From Rhina ancylostomus (taxonomy: Eukaryota): a DNA stretch of 64,000 bases. This document shows, one piece after another, positions 38,626 to 52,070 of this stretch (position 1 is its first letter; every line of letters starts with the position of its first letter). The notes under the pieces were generated by a model. That model did not search any database. It was not told the origin of the DNA and saw only the letters and a program-made list of their open reading frames with translations. The DNA lies in assembly GCA_030265395.1 (NCBI GenBank), contig JARFYF010000012.1:4063339-4127338 (forward strand). Direction: 5' to 3'. A program made the translations under genes and the position numbers.

Positions 38626-40896
38626 CATTCATGAGAATGAATGTGTTCTGGAAGTTATGTAATAATCCAAAATGAAATGTTTAGCTAGAGTCCATGGTAA
38701 GAAAGAGTATCCTGTTAAGACAGTTGTTAGATTTTTGCCTATCAATTTAACAAACATTATTAGTGAAATGTAAGACTCTTTGCTATATAGAACTAAAAAA
38801 GTGAAGAAAATTGATAATGATAACATTAATTATTTCACTGAACTGGATTGCCTGAAATCATTAGGTACACTTCTGTCTGCCAGCTGTGAGAAGTCAGTGA
38901 AGTTTCTTTTGTAAGCTTTGAGCAAGGTGACCCGTAATTGAATACAGTTTGATACTCAACGGCAATAAGGTGTCTAGAGCTATCTCTGTACTAGATAGCA
39001 TTCAGGCAATCATGCAGCTGTTACATGGTAGAGTGATTTTCCCAGTATATCTAACCCATGCTTGAATTTGTATGTTTTATTATTCATATGAAGCATGAGG
39101 GCATCATTGCTCATGCCAGCATATATTGCCCCTCATAATTGTCCTTGAAGGCAGTGGTGATGATGACACTGAATCACTGCAATTCTTCGAGTGAAGAGAG
39201 TCCCATAGTATTGTTAGGTAGGAAGTTCTAGGATTTGGGCCAAGAGACAATGAAGGAATACTGCTTTACTTCCAGATCACGATGATATCGTGACTAGAAA
39301 AATCTAATTGGGATCTTTTCCTCTTCTTTCCTTCACTATTCAATTATAAGGACTCCACTAAATCAGTATTTTAATAACTTTACCACAAATTGGATTGGTG
39401 GTGACCAAACATGTATTATTGTAAATCCTATGCCTGAAAATGTCCCTATTAATGTTCAACAATTAAATGCTTTTTTAATCATTTATATGAAAAAGTCTGA
39501 TATTTCTTCAATGTTGTTGATATATTGAAGTTGTGAGCCAAAGAAATTAAGCATCTCTAAATTCCATTAGGGATGAAAGTATCAAAAATCATGGTTTTGG
39601 CATAATATGCAAGCCAGATCAGGTAAGTAAAAATTATTTGGTTAATGATCAGCAATTTTAAAATGTTACCTTTAGCTATGATGGAGGTATTCAAAACAGT
39701 GAAGGCTTTTGCTGGAGTCAATGAGGAGAAAATATTTCTAATGCCATGAGGATTAGAAACCAAAGGATGCAGATTCAAGATAATTGGCAAAGAATTAGAT
39801 GAAAGAGGAACTTTGCAGCAAGTTATGATCTGAAATGCACCACCTGAAAGGGTTGTGTCAGAAGATAATAACAGTAGTAACTTTCAGTACAATGTTGAAT
39901 GAATATTTGTGAGGCAGTGAAGAGGCAGCAGGGTGGGAGTGAGNNNNNNNNNNNNNNNNNNNNNNNNNNNNNNNNNNNNNNNNNNNNNNNNNNNNNNNNN
40001 NNNNNNNNNNNNNNNNNNNNNNNNNNNNNNNNNNNNNNNNAAATAAGGCTGCTGGAATTGACTTGGGGGGAAGATTACAGGCGTGATTCTACTCTGTATA
40101 TCTACCCAGTGACCCTCAATGGAAAGTCAACTTATGTGAATGAGAACAAAATGAACTGATTTGTAACCATATAATTTTACCATATAGCAGTCCTTTGGCC
40201 AATCATTTGAAAGAACTATCTAATATATGGTCCTGGTCCTCTGGTATTCCCCTTTGGCCCTGCACATATTCCCTTTTCAAAGATCTGTGAAAGGAGTAAT
40301 GTCAGGAAGTAACTTTGGCAAGCACATTAAAATTATTGATAGCTTTCCAGTTGGATTAATCAGAATAGTAGTTTTAAGTTGATTTAATTGAAAAATTAGT
40401 GCAAAAATTTGGTGAAAGTAGGGTTTGTTAAGATGTTTTAATAAATTATGGCATTGATGTGAATCTGCATCATTTGTTTAACTCTCTTATTACTTGTTTA
40501 CAGGTAATGTCGCCTTTGTAGAGTGATAATACATAAGTTGTAATGGGGAGTAAAGCTCCTGTTTATAGAACAGTTGTGCAAATAAGTTCAACAGAAATTA
40601 CTTGTTTTTAAAAACGTTGATTGTCCTTACAGCTGTAGGTGTTTTGTATCTTCAGGGAACCTTTGATTTCAGCCCTCATTTTAAGTTATTTCAGAATGTT
40701 GGTGAATATTTTGTAACCATGTTATAAATAATTATTCAAATAAAACTAGATTTGATGCAGAAGATGAGGTTATTAAATTCCATAGATTCATAGTGATGTT
40801 ACNNNNNNNNNNNNNNNNNNNNNNNNNNNNNNNNNNNNNNNNNCTTCCTGCCTGTGCAAGTCCTGCTCACCTGAGTTTCCTTCCATCCAATCCTAG

Positions 40897-41857
40897 GCGT
40901 CCTGGGAGAAGCGGCCAGCAGCAATTGGACTGCGAATCGCAAAGTATTGAAGGGGCACTTCCAAAGTCGCTAAGAAGCTTTCAGACCGTGACACAGGACG
41001 GTTATGGATCTTCTGTTATTCTCAAAATACCAGTGACTCGATCAGCCCAAAAGAGTGAGGAACCTATAAACTGGAATGAGGCATCTTCCACATCCAGTTT
41101 AGGACCAACATCTCAGCACCGTGGACAGCACTTAGTTCTAGCCAGAGAGGCCCCTTGGGCCAAACCACATTATGAATTCAATCTGGAGCATGCCAGTTTC
41201 AGGGGAAATGATGTGTGTACCGATGCTAAGGAACTTTCTTCACGCCAATTTGCATTTCAGAGAGGATCGGTTCAGACAAAACATGATGCAAAGAAAGACC
41301 AAGGCTGCTCAGCTTCTGTGGATTTGAAGATACCACAGGTTCGAGGAATGGATTTCACTTGTGGAACCAATGTCTCAAATCATTATACGTGTAGCCCATT
41401 GCTCATGAATTCACAGCTTGAAAGCGCACTTCACAGGAAACTCAGAGTGATCCTTCCGAAGCAGAATTTGTGGCACAGGAAAGGGGTGGTGAGTTTGAGT
41501 GATGGAGGACAGGATTCCTGGGATTCGCTTGTGGATCAGCCAACCTCCAGCAAGCAGCAGGGCACATATGAGCAAGAAGGTGACTCAAAGCAGCCCAGAA
41601 AAAAGCGAGGACGCTATCGACAATATAATAATGAGATCCTTGAAGAAGCAATCACTGTGGTGATGAATGGGAAGATGAGCGTCTCAAAAGCCCAGAGTAC
41701 TTATGGAATCCCGCATAGTACCCTGGAATATAAAGTGAAAGAGCGGCTGGGTACTTTGAAAAACCCCCCGAAGAAGAAGTTGAAACTCATCAATGCTGAG
41801 CCCCAAGAGGTGGATGATGAGCTGGAACACAGTCCTAGCAATTCAAAAGCTGAGTAG
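40897..41857 (+). CDS. LCOR: LCOR terminal coding exon: GRPGR...AREAPWAKPHYEFNL...VDLKIPQVRGMD...pipsqueak HTH (KQPRKKRGRYRQYNNEILEEAI...YGIPHSTLEYKVKER), NLS PPKKKLK, stop TAG
   Basis: Long open frame in the ORF track (40793-41857); the true start is the acceptor atcctag|G at 40896/7. WAKPHYEFNL and DLKIPQVRGMD distinguish LCOR from LCORL. Spliced CDS is 223+100+961=1284 nt, 427 aa. Confidence 0.97.
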
Positions 41858-43700
41858 GGTTTTGTGTTGGTGCTAATACTTTTTGGTATCTGGGTGAGCA
41901 CAAGCATTAGCACAGCAATGATGTAAAAAAAACATAGTGCGGCTGAAGTGGGGGGGGGAAATGGGATAAGCTCCTTTTGCTATTGAGTAATCTGCTGTAA
42001 AAATAGAAAGTTCTAGAATGAGTTAGTTCTGATGAAAAATCATCAACCCAAAATATTAAGCTTTTCTTTGTGAATGCTGTCTGACCTCCTGAGTATTTTT
42101 GGCATTTACTACTTTATCTACAGCAAATAGGAAAGGTTTAAATGTAACTCTTCCTAACTACTGTTTGTGCATCTTTTGCACAAAGGGGTATGAACCGTAT
42201 GTGAATCAAATTTCTGAACCTACAAAAAGTAGCAGTAAAATAGGTGAATAGTGCTATCAATAGGATCGCCACGATACATGTAGCTTTCTACATAGCAACA
42301 TTGAAGGTTGGTAACCTACAATGCAGGCCAGGCACTTTTCATTGTGTTGGTGTTTCCCGCTCTCCCATCAGTACAAGAAATGCAGCCGACGTGAAACTGA
42401 TGGGTTTATACTCCGGGTGCTCCCATCCCAGCAGAGAAACGAGAATACTTTTACCAAACTATTCTCTGTCCCTTTAAATTTAAATTTCGGAATTTGTTCT
42501 ACTAAAGCAGTCAATGTTTTGAATTTCAAAATACTCAAAAATGGGGAATTGGATTTACACTTTCCAAATGTTTTTGAAGTCTGATGTAGAAATACAATAA
42601 TATACAATAGAGGGAAATGGCCTTTTGAGTTTTGGTTGTTTTAAACACGCAGCGAGATTTATAAACTGGAGTGGAGTAGAAATATCCAGTGTTAGGCAAG
42701 TGCTGGCAATACCTCTTGGTTTTCGGCACCCTAAAATAAAAGGCAAAGGATCCGTAATCTCATCACTTGCCTTTTTAATCTCCAACCTCCTGCTCGGGCG
42801 AAATCTAACCAGAAAGACGGTGAGCTAACAACGTGCTGAAAATGAACCACATTGACACCAGTTATTGAACTAATTGTACATATTTCTTGGGTAACATCCA
42901 CTCCCATCTCCGCCCCCACCGTTTTAACTAAAAATGAAACAGGCACATGCAGCAGCTTCTAACCCTCCTCACAAGCAGCAGATTGACGACTGCAGTAACC
43001 AGTCGGCGAGTTGCACTCTGCGCTGAGCCAATCGAGGCAAGCGCAGGCGGGACGTCTGAGGTCCCTTTCACCAAGGCTTGTGGACTCCTGGGATGTTACT
43101 GTAGTTGTATCTTTTTTTGGGATAAAATGCCTTTTGATAAATTTCCCTAAATGGAGTTCAAAGGCAATGGAGTCATTGTGAACTGGAAATCATCTGTATG
43201 AAATGTAAGTTGATTATAATGAGTAAATAGGCTCAAGAAAAAGAGTCTGCTTATTTTTACTGTTGTCTTGCTATTTTGACCCACATATTTTTTTTTAAAA
43301 AAATAGACGTGCTCATTCCCCTAGATCTAGAAATCATATATTTGAAAACTCCTAGCAATTTGAGATGAATTAATGGAGCGGGAAGGAGGTGAAATTAGAG
43401 GCTTGCATGTAGATAATAAAAGGACGTTTTGTTATGGCTGCGCTTTTATTTGATATCATTGGAAACAGGCCTAGTTAAGTGGCAACGAGGAGCAGAGCTC
43501 CTGAAAATCCACAAGAGGTTGTACCTCTGCACGGTCAACCCGACCCCATCCGTCCTCCATCCCCGCTCTTCTTCCTTCAGCCCCTCTCCCAAGTTCACGT
43601 TAATCACCAAGTATTCGAGCCTCGTTAACCTGCTAGTGTTAGTTTGAAAATACTGTTTCAGTGTGGTTAAGTAATAAATATTGAAATCCCAACCTTCACC
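41858..43700 (+). other. LCOR: Probable LCOR 3'UTR (end uncertain); candidate AATAAA signals near 42735, 43415 and 43673
   Basis: Follows the stop codon, is mostly non-repetitive, and contains AATAAA hexamers. No transcript data are available. Confidence 0.5.
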
Positions 43701-45591
43701 CAACACTTCCTGTTTAACAATTACTGCAAAATTAGGCGTACTAGCTCAATGTGAGCAAAGTGGAGCCTTATTTTAATGTTTAATTAATCATTGTGAAAAT
43801 TTTGCTGCAACAGAATCTCTAGAGTTGAAAATATTTCTTAAGGATGAAATTTAGATTTCTCACAATATTGGCCCTTTGCATGCAAATTGTTATCAAGTTT
43901 GGAGCATTAAAATATACAACAATATCTTTTCAGTGAATACTAATACANNNNNNNNNNNNNNNNNNNNNNNNNNNNNNNNNNNNNNNNNNNNNATTTGGCA
44001 ATGTTCTGTGGAGCTGCTAACTGATCGGTAAGTTTCATAGTTATGGTTTCAGTTTTAAAATATCTTCTGTCTGTTCAAGTTTGATAAATTTCTTAGGATT
44101 GCATGTGAAAGGACTAGATGTGATTTTAAAGTATCAGGACTTAATGGCCTTTTACCCCACAAAAGGGCACAGTTGTGGCATGTACAGTTAATCTGGTAAC
44201 TCTTGATTACTTAACTGGATTGATCTGAAGATGGCATATCACTTTCCCCATCTCCACCATCTGGTTCTCAGGATTAGAAAGAGTGTGCAGCTCTAATGTT
44301 GCGGCTTTTTAAAACTGTACGTATCTAATCCCAAAAATTGGCCATCTTACTTTCTATCTTTGAGTGGCAGATAGTATTTTAAAGGTAATTATTATACTCC
44401 AAATTGGGGAATATAAAACTTGTGTAAAATGAAAAGCCATTATGTCGGTATAACTGCAGGATTAAGGATCAGAAGTGTGCATGATATTAGTAAACAATTT
44501 ATTTTGGATTTTTTTTATTATTAAAAGCTTTTTGAAAAAGATATGAAAACCTATCTCAAAATTTTAAAATAACTTGATAGAAAATTGGGAAACAATATTA
44601 GGAAAAATTGAGAACGTGTAAGCTTTGCAATTGAAAGTTGTTTTGAATTGATTTGTATCCCTGGCACCATTTAAAGGTGTACCCTTTATATTGGATTGGA
44701 TACAAAATTAAGAGAATTACTGAGCAATGTGAAGACAATGATTGTTAAATTAGTGTACTTGGATAATATTTAGACTCCAGACAAAACTGAAACTTATTTG
44801 CTTGGTCTTGTTGAGGAATAAAATCCGTAGTTTTATTTTCTGGTTATGCATGCTCTCGAGGTTAGAGCCAAGGTGCTATCAAATGTAAATATGGTCAGTG
44901 CGGTAGTAGAGTATGGTATCAGGGAGAGGTGGGATTCGGGCTCCCTTGCCTATTCCATCCTTCAGTTTTATCTGGTTTGCTTTTAGGTATTATAATTTTG
45001 TAGTTAATCGATTCTTCCCACAAAGAAAGGAGGAAATGAAATCTAAGTTGCATTTATTGTTGGCTTNNNNNNNNNNNNNNNNNNNNNNNNNNNNNNNNNN
45101 NNNNNNNNNNNNNNNNNNNNNNNNNNNNNNNNNNNNNNNNNNNNNNNNNNNNNNNNNNNNNNNNNNNNNNNNNNNNNNNNNNNNNNNNNNNNNNNNNNNN
45201 NNNNNNNNNNNNNNNNNNNNNNNNNNNNNNNNNNNNNNNNNNNNNNNNNNNNNNNNNNNNNNNNNNNNNNNNNNNNNNNNNNNNNNNNNNNNNNNNNNNN
45301 NNNNNNNNNNNNNNNNNNNNNNNNNNNNNNNNNNNNNNNNNNNNNNNNNNNNNNNNNNNNNNNNNNNNNNNNNNNNNNNNNNNNNNNNNNNNNNNNNNNN
45401 NNNNNNNNNNNNNNNNNNNNNNNNNNNNNNNNNNNNNNNNNNNNNNNNNNNNNNNNNNNNNNNNNNNNNNNNNNNNNNNNNNNNNNNNNNNNNNNNNNNN
45501 NNNNNNNNNNNNNNNNNNNNNNNNNNNNNNNNNNNNNNNNNNNNNNNNNNNNNNNNNNNNNNNNNNNNNNNNNNNNNNNNNNNNNNNNNNN

Positions 45592-45815
45592 ATGTTCTTC
45601 CCATGACGACTGCTGCAGGGATTTCCCAAAGCTGTGCTGGTATGTTAAATGGCCACTGTATAATTACCCCTAGTGTAGGTGGGAGTCAGGAAATTCAGAG
45701 GGGTTCTGATGGACATCAGTGAGAGAATGTGTTTCGGGGAAATAAGTAGGGGAATGGAACTGAAGGGATTTCTCTGAGAGCCAGGATAAAACAATGGACT
45801 GGATGGCCTCCAATA
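45592..45815 (+). mobile_element. V-SINE 3' part next to a large gap
   Basis: tgttcttcccatgac...gttaaatggccactgtataattacccctagtgtaggtg. Confidence 0.5.
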
Positions 45816-46017
45816 TCATAATGAAAGTGGTAAATAATATTAAATTCTCAGTCTGCAGTTGTTTTAATGAATAATGTTTTATGGTTGCCTTTTCATTGTC
45901 ACTGTCGTAAACCTACATACTTGAGTGTTGATTCTTTTTTGGTAGTAAGATTTTGTTAATTGAGACTATTTTTCCTATAATTATTCACTTAGAAATTGAT
46001 GACCTTTTCAACTGCTG

Positions 46018-46765
46018 TCATAGAGTTATGCAGCATGGAGACAGTCCCAACTTGTCCATGCCGACCAAGATGTGAGCTAGTTGGAGCTGAGCTAGTCAGA
46101 TTTGCCTACATTTGGCCTTTATCCTTCTAAACCTTTCCTGTACACATTCCAATCTAAATGTCTTTTACGCACTGCAATTGTACTCGTCTCTATAGCTTCC
46201 TCTGGCAGCTTGTTCCACATAACCACCACCCTCTGTGTGAAGATTTCCCTCATGTCTGTTTTAAATCTTTCCCCTCACCTTAAACCTCTGCCATCTAGAT
46301 TTATACTCCCCTACCTTGGGATTAAAAATAAATTCTGACAATCCACATTATCTCTGCCCCCATGATTTTACACATCTCTTAAGCCTCCTGTGCTTGGGAA
46401 AAATTCCCAGATTATCCTTGTTTACCAAAGTCTCCTGCCCCAATAATGTCCTCATGAATCTTTTCTGCACTCATTCCAGCTTAGTGACATCCTTCCTATA
46501 GCTGGGCGACCAGGACTATGCACTATATTGCAAGTGTGCTCTCACCAACATGTACAGTTGTAACATCCCAACTCCTGTAGTCAAAGCCCTGACCAATGAA
46601 GGCAAGTATGCCAAATACCACCTTCACCACTATGTCTACCTATGTCGCCACTTTCAGGAAACTATGTACTTGTATCCCTAGGTCTCTGTTCCACCACACT
46701 CTCCAGAGCCTTACGATCAATTGTGCAAGTCCTGCCCTAGGTTAACTTACCAAAGTGCAACACCT
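46018..46765 (-). mobile_element. CR1 3' fragment, antisense
   Basis: catagagttatgcagcatggagacag...gggcgaccaggactatgcactatattgcaagtgtg, the antisense of an HL.Y.A.SWSP-like motif. Confidence 0.8.
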
Positions 46766-47269
46766 CCCAATGTATATGAAGAACAGATCAGTGCTACAGA
46801 TACTTCCTTGGAAGAAGTACTACTGCAGGACAGGAAGTCAGTGCAGGTGTGTTCCTTCCCTGGAGCATCAAATATACCACTTATCCATTTTTGGATTACT
46901 AGGTGATATCAGTAAATTTAATGATGCCGACAAAATATTGAGCAGCATGAATACCTCCTGACCCAAAACAGTCTCACCACTTTGGAAATGTCTAGAGCCA
47001 TTAAACCAAGAGTTAGCTCAAAAATTATGCTGTATAAAATTACATTGTGTTAAATGTTAAAATACCTCACAAAATTGCTGAATATATTGCTGCACAATGA
47101 CTTTATCATAAGGTGGTCTGGGATCTTTTATTTTTTCTCCGTCTCCACAGGTGTTATAGAAAACGTTCCATTGCACAGAATAGTGGCTTATTTTGCTGTT
47201 AAATCATTGTGCAATGTGGTTGAATAATTTTTCTGTCTAGCATTGCTTTGTATTATTTTATATTTGTAT

Positions 47270-47900
47270 AACAGCACAGAAGATGGCCAGTTGGGTCCCT
47301 GCTGGCTCCCGGGGAGCAATCCCAGTGGTTCTGTTCCCCTCTCCTTATTTCCCTATGCCCCTGCAACTACTCTCACACATACCCATCAACCCTTTGCCAT
47401 TAACTTGCTCCAATGAGTAATTTACGGTAGTTAACTTCATAGAATCATAGAAAGTACAGCACAATACAGGCCCTTCGGCCCACAATGTTGTGCCAACCTT
47501 TAAACCTCACCTANNNNNNNNNNNNNNNNNNNNNNNNNNNNNNNNNNNNNNNNNNNNNNNNNNNNNNNNNNNNNNNNNNNNNNNNNNNNNNNNNNNNNNN
47601 NNNNNNNNNNNNNCTTGAGGTCCTGTTCTTCAGCCTTCTGCCTAGCTCCCTAAACTCGCTCTTCAGGACCTCATCCCTCTTTCTACCTATGTCGTTGGTA
47701 CCAACATGTACCATGACTTCTCGCTGCTTTCCCTCCTGCTCAAGAATGCTGCACATTCTTGATGTGGGACGAAACTGAAGCACCCAGGTAATCAGAGAGT
47801 GAATGCGCAAACCCTATGCAGATGGCACCCAGGGTCAGGATCAATCTGGGTCCCTGGAGCAGTGAGGAAGCAGCACAAACTGCTGTGCTGTCGTACCCCC
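47270..47900 (-). mobile_element. V-SINE interrupted by a CR1 (3' tail 47438-47513, gap, ORF1 esterase part 47614-47750)
   Basis: SINE halves flank the insertion. The minus ORF EVMVHVGTNDIGRKRDEVLKSEFRELG carries the SGNH-esterase GTND motif of CR1 ORF1. Confidence 0.7.
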
Positions 47901-50900
47901 CTGCTGATGAGTAAGGAATGGTCCTTTAATCAGAGCAGCGTATTTTGACAAACATTTTTGCCTTCATGAATTATTAATTACAACTTGTCTCTTGACTAGA
48001 TATAGCTGCTGTTGATACAAAGAAATTGACACTGCAGGCTTATTTACATTTTTATTCCAGATGTGTAGTAGGCAAAACTGAAAGCCGTATTTGATAAGTT
48101 GCCCTTGCTGAGGGGGGAAAATTCGTCTAATTATACTGGCCTTTAGTGTTAGAAATTCTGTGCCATAAAGTATAAACATGGTAGTTTTGTCAGTGGCAGT
48201 TGAGTGCATCAGAGAGTGGTAGGTCTTGGACCCCTCCATTCTCTGAGTTTACGTTCTTAGTTACAGTAAAGTATTAGCTTCATAGGCAATCAAAGAAGTT
48301 GACAAAGGAACTGGCACTCTGGAAATCACTTTATTTAATGACTGAGTAATAAGGAATGCAGTATTGCTGCTGAAATGGCAGCTCTGTTTTTAAATCTATA
48401 ATTTTTCCAAGAAGGTTTGTACAAATGCATTTCATTTTATTTTTCTTGGAAGAAGGGACTTAAGCAAGTGAAATATTCCTTGAAGTGTAATATGTTTCTT
48501 TGAGCTGCACTCAAGTTAGTGCATCATGGAGCTTGGATTACTCAGTGTTTTCACATCTTGTTTAATTATTGGTGTTGCACCTTAACCTCATTGTCATACT
48601 TTTTCTCAATGTCAGTTTCAAGATATAATGGAGGTTTCTTAACTGAAAACCATATCAAAAAATTACTTTTGTTAATGTATATATATTAAAAGGGAAGACA
48701 CCATAATGCTCCCTGAATTTGGAAATATACAAACTGACAAATGCATAAAGAGCAGAATGATGCTTCAAGGTTGCAGGTTCTGACCAATGTTCTTTTAAGG
48801 CTCAGATTCGGTCTTAAAAATATCTTCATGTCCAACAGTGAAATGCTGCAGGCATTCAAGCAACCAGAGAGCTCTAATTACTTTAACCTGTGTTTGATAT
48901 CAATAAGGTGTTAAAGTGGGATCGTTTTTATTTGCCAGAAGCACAGACAATTGTGATTTTAAAATGAATGGTTGTATTAGACATTTGAATATGCCTTGCC
49001 TGCATTTTCTTGGTCCACGTTTCAAAATTATAAATTGTAATCACAATTGTATATTTTTTAATGTGTAAAATTATCGATACTTGTTTCCCTACACTTTAAT
49101 AATTTGAAGACAAGAATAGGCACGCATCGGGAATCTGACATTCAATTACTAAGGCCTGCATGTGATCTTGTTGGACCAGATGTTTGCCTCAGTTAACCAA
49201 GCACATTGAAGTTTTGTCACATGATGTGACTGCCTTAAAAACATGCAATTGTACATCTGTAGGAATCATTAAAGTTGAACATTTCTTCAGCTTCTAAAGG
49301 CCAGAGGTTGTGGTTCATGTTAACAAATATATTCTGCTGGGGATGTATCTGAACGAAAAGAAAAAGAATGCTAGTGCTCACCTAGGACATAGCTCGTGAC
49401 AGTGAAATGGCTGATGATGATATGCTGTGTTTGTACTGCAATTGTCTTAAGAGTTCATATCTAATTATGCACAACTTCACTACTGTAATAATTATTAATA
49501 TGAGACCTTTTGCCATTTTATCAGAAGCCTTGCAGCCTTATTTATTAAGATTCATAAACTTTGGTATATTGCAGGATCCATTTACTGTAGGTGTTTCTGG
49601 TTGTGTTTTATTGCTGCTTTTTCACTTTGTTAAAACACTAATTTTCTCATGAATTACTTGCAGAACTGCTTGATTACAATAATGTAATTCTGTATGAACT
49701 CAGCAGAAAAGATTTCTTATATCAATGGGTTTTGAAAAACACAGAACTCTTGAGCAGCTTACACTAATATGTAATTGCTAGTTATTTTTGAATAAGCTTT
49801 CTGAGAAGAAGAGATTAACTTGAGGGAAAAATGATTTGTATTTCTTTCATGGAAGAAATATGAGGCAATCTTCCAAATTTTTCATATCCACTTCTCTGAG
49901 TTCGGGGGAAAAAAAGTTGGCATTTGAAGTGAGATCTTGTTTGATGTAATTGTGATCAGCTTCATATTTATTTATTTTATTTATTTGTATTTATTTATTC
50001 AAAAGCAACGTGAAGTGTCTTTCTTGCTATATTTTGTATTTGTTAAAATGTTCAATTTCCATTTGATTTGGAATATAGCTAGAATATTTCATGGAAAGGT
50101 TTAACTATTAACCTACAACCAAAATTTGTTGGAGCCATGCTGTTTTCTTAATGTCTGAATGAAAAAATTTAAGTCATTTCATCAACTGGTGTTTAGGCCG
50201 TAGCATTTGGCAACTTAAGAACTGTATTTACAGAAACATGGCCCCAGCTCAACCCATTTTGCTACATTTTGGGTTGTTTCTGTGCTTGCATTTGCAAGTT
50301 TGAAACCGGACTATTTTCTGTTCGGGTGCTTTTTATGAATTTGCATGAATAATGTTACAACATTGCTCTAACATTGCTTAAAATGACCAGGCACACCATC
50401 CTTTAATAGAAATGGAACAAAACAAAAAATTTTCTAAAACAAAAATTAAAACACAAATGTTTGCCCTTGTTGGGGGGGAGGGGGGGTGGTGGTTGAAATC
50501 TGTGAACTACTTAATTGGATACGATTTTGATGTAGTGAAAATTTATAATAATTCTGTTCACAAACAAAAATGAGAATCTTCTCTACTAGAAAATTAAGAA
50601 TGGCATTAGTAATAAGCAGCGAGTGGAGGACATCATGACATGACCTGCCATGTAGGTGAATTAGCCACATTAATTGGGCGTCTTCAGTCATGTAATTTGT
50701 TAGAATTATGGAAAAAAGCATTAACTGCATGATTATGAACTAAGTTTAGATGAGTGTAATGCAATTCCTAGTCAGCAGAGACCCACACTATTAAAATGCA
50801 CCTAATTTGATACTAAATGACAATCTCATTAAGTTGGACAGTGGGAAATGAAGAGATGTCTGTTAGCTGTTCCAGGATGTTGAGTTATTTTGTTGTAAGG

Positions 50901-52056
50901 CAGAATATAATGAGCTCTAGTTTGTAGCTAGTAATATGGTATATGTGTTATGCTTAATGCCATCCACATATTAAGCTCACTGCACTTGCATCAGAATGGA
51001 GTTTGATACTAATATATAGTATGCTTAATGCCATCTGCATCTGAAATTCTTTCAGATGGAAAGAATTTCATTCTACAACACCTAATGTCTCCTATACCTT
51101 GCTATATGCATAAAAAGAAAGCAGTAATGTTTTGTTACAAATGCTGGCTAAAACCACATTTGTTACTGGTGTCATAACCTAGTGTAGTATCTTGGAAATC
51201 CAGAACAAAGGAGTAATATCTCACAATGGCACTTATATAGGATCTTATAACACCCGAAAAACATCTCAATGTACTTTACAAAAGTAGATTTTTTTTTAAG
51301 AATACTTAAATTAATTATCTGGAGCTAAAATTCCAGAAGCATCCAGCAAGACGAGCAGCATCCACTGGGAGAGAAAGAGAGCCTATTTTTCAGGTGAAGG
51401 ACTCTTCATGTGCATCAGACCTGAAACATGAACTCTTTCCAGCGTTTTCTGTCTTTGTGCTAAAATTACTTTTGGAGTGGAGTGAGTGAAAAGCATGCTT
51501 TGAACCTGGAATGGAAAAATGTTATTGAACTCCATTCTAATGCAAGTGCTGCTACATTCCCTGCATCAGAGCATAGGCTTAAAGCCCCTAAAGAAGGTTA
51601 GCATCCCTAACGGGTACATTGCTGAGGGAGAAATCAAACAATTTTCCACCTTCATCAAAAAGAACCTTTCTGGTGAATTGACCTTTGAACCCAGTTATCC
51701 CTTTGGTGTGGGTCAGTTCTGAGACCTCTTGACAATTCGCATTCCATTCTTTTTCTGATGTATATAACAAAAATTCAGTTTTATTCCAAATGCTTATTTA
51801 GTTGAAATTGTAAACAGTAAGCTTCAGCTTCTTGGAAAGTGCTACCTTTTGTAGTGCGCATCCATAAATTTAATTTAAATCATTGCAGTTGATCATTCAA
51901 GATATTGAAGCAGACTGAATTTAATATTCCAATCTCACATTTTTAAAATTATCAAACCATTTATGCAATTTTCCTCCAAACTTGCAATACATTTAGATCA
52001 TTGAATGTAATCTTGATTTGAGCTGTGTTTATCTGATTTTCTAATCCAGGTAATAG

Positions 52057-52070
52057 GTTGCCATGGAAAC
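52057..52070. promoter_or_regulatory. RFX X-box-like palindrome GTTGCCATGGAAAC
   Basis: 13/14 match to the RFX consensus GTTGCCATGGCAAC, in non-repetitive sequence. Confidence 0.4.

Noticed and set aside
40793-40896. ORF-track N-terminus of the 354-aa ORF
   Set aside because: It starts at a GTG and crosses an N gap. The real exon starts at the acceptor 40896/7, in phase with the 29133 donor.
40897-41857. Assignment to the paralogue LCORL
   Set aside because: LSKLL, WAKPHYEFNL, KIPQVRGMD and GRPGR match LCOR, and the LCORL-specific middle region is absent.
44913-45722. Long ORFs of 191-269 aa
   Set aside because: They consist almost entirely of N gap.
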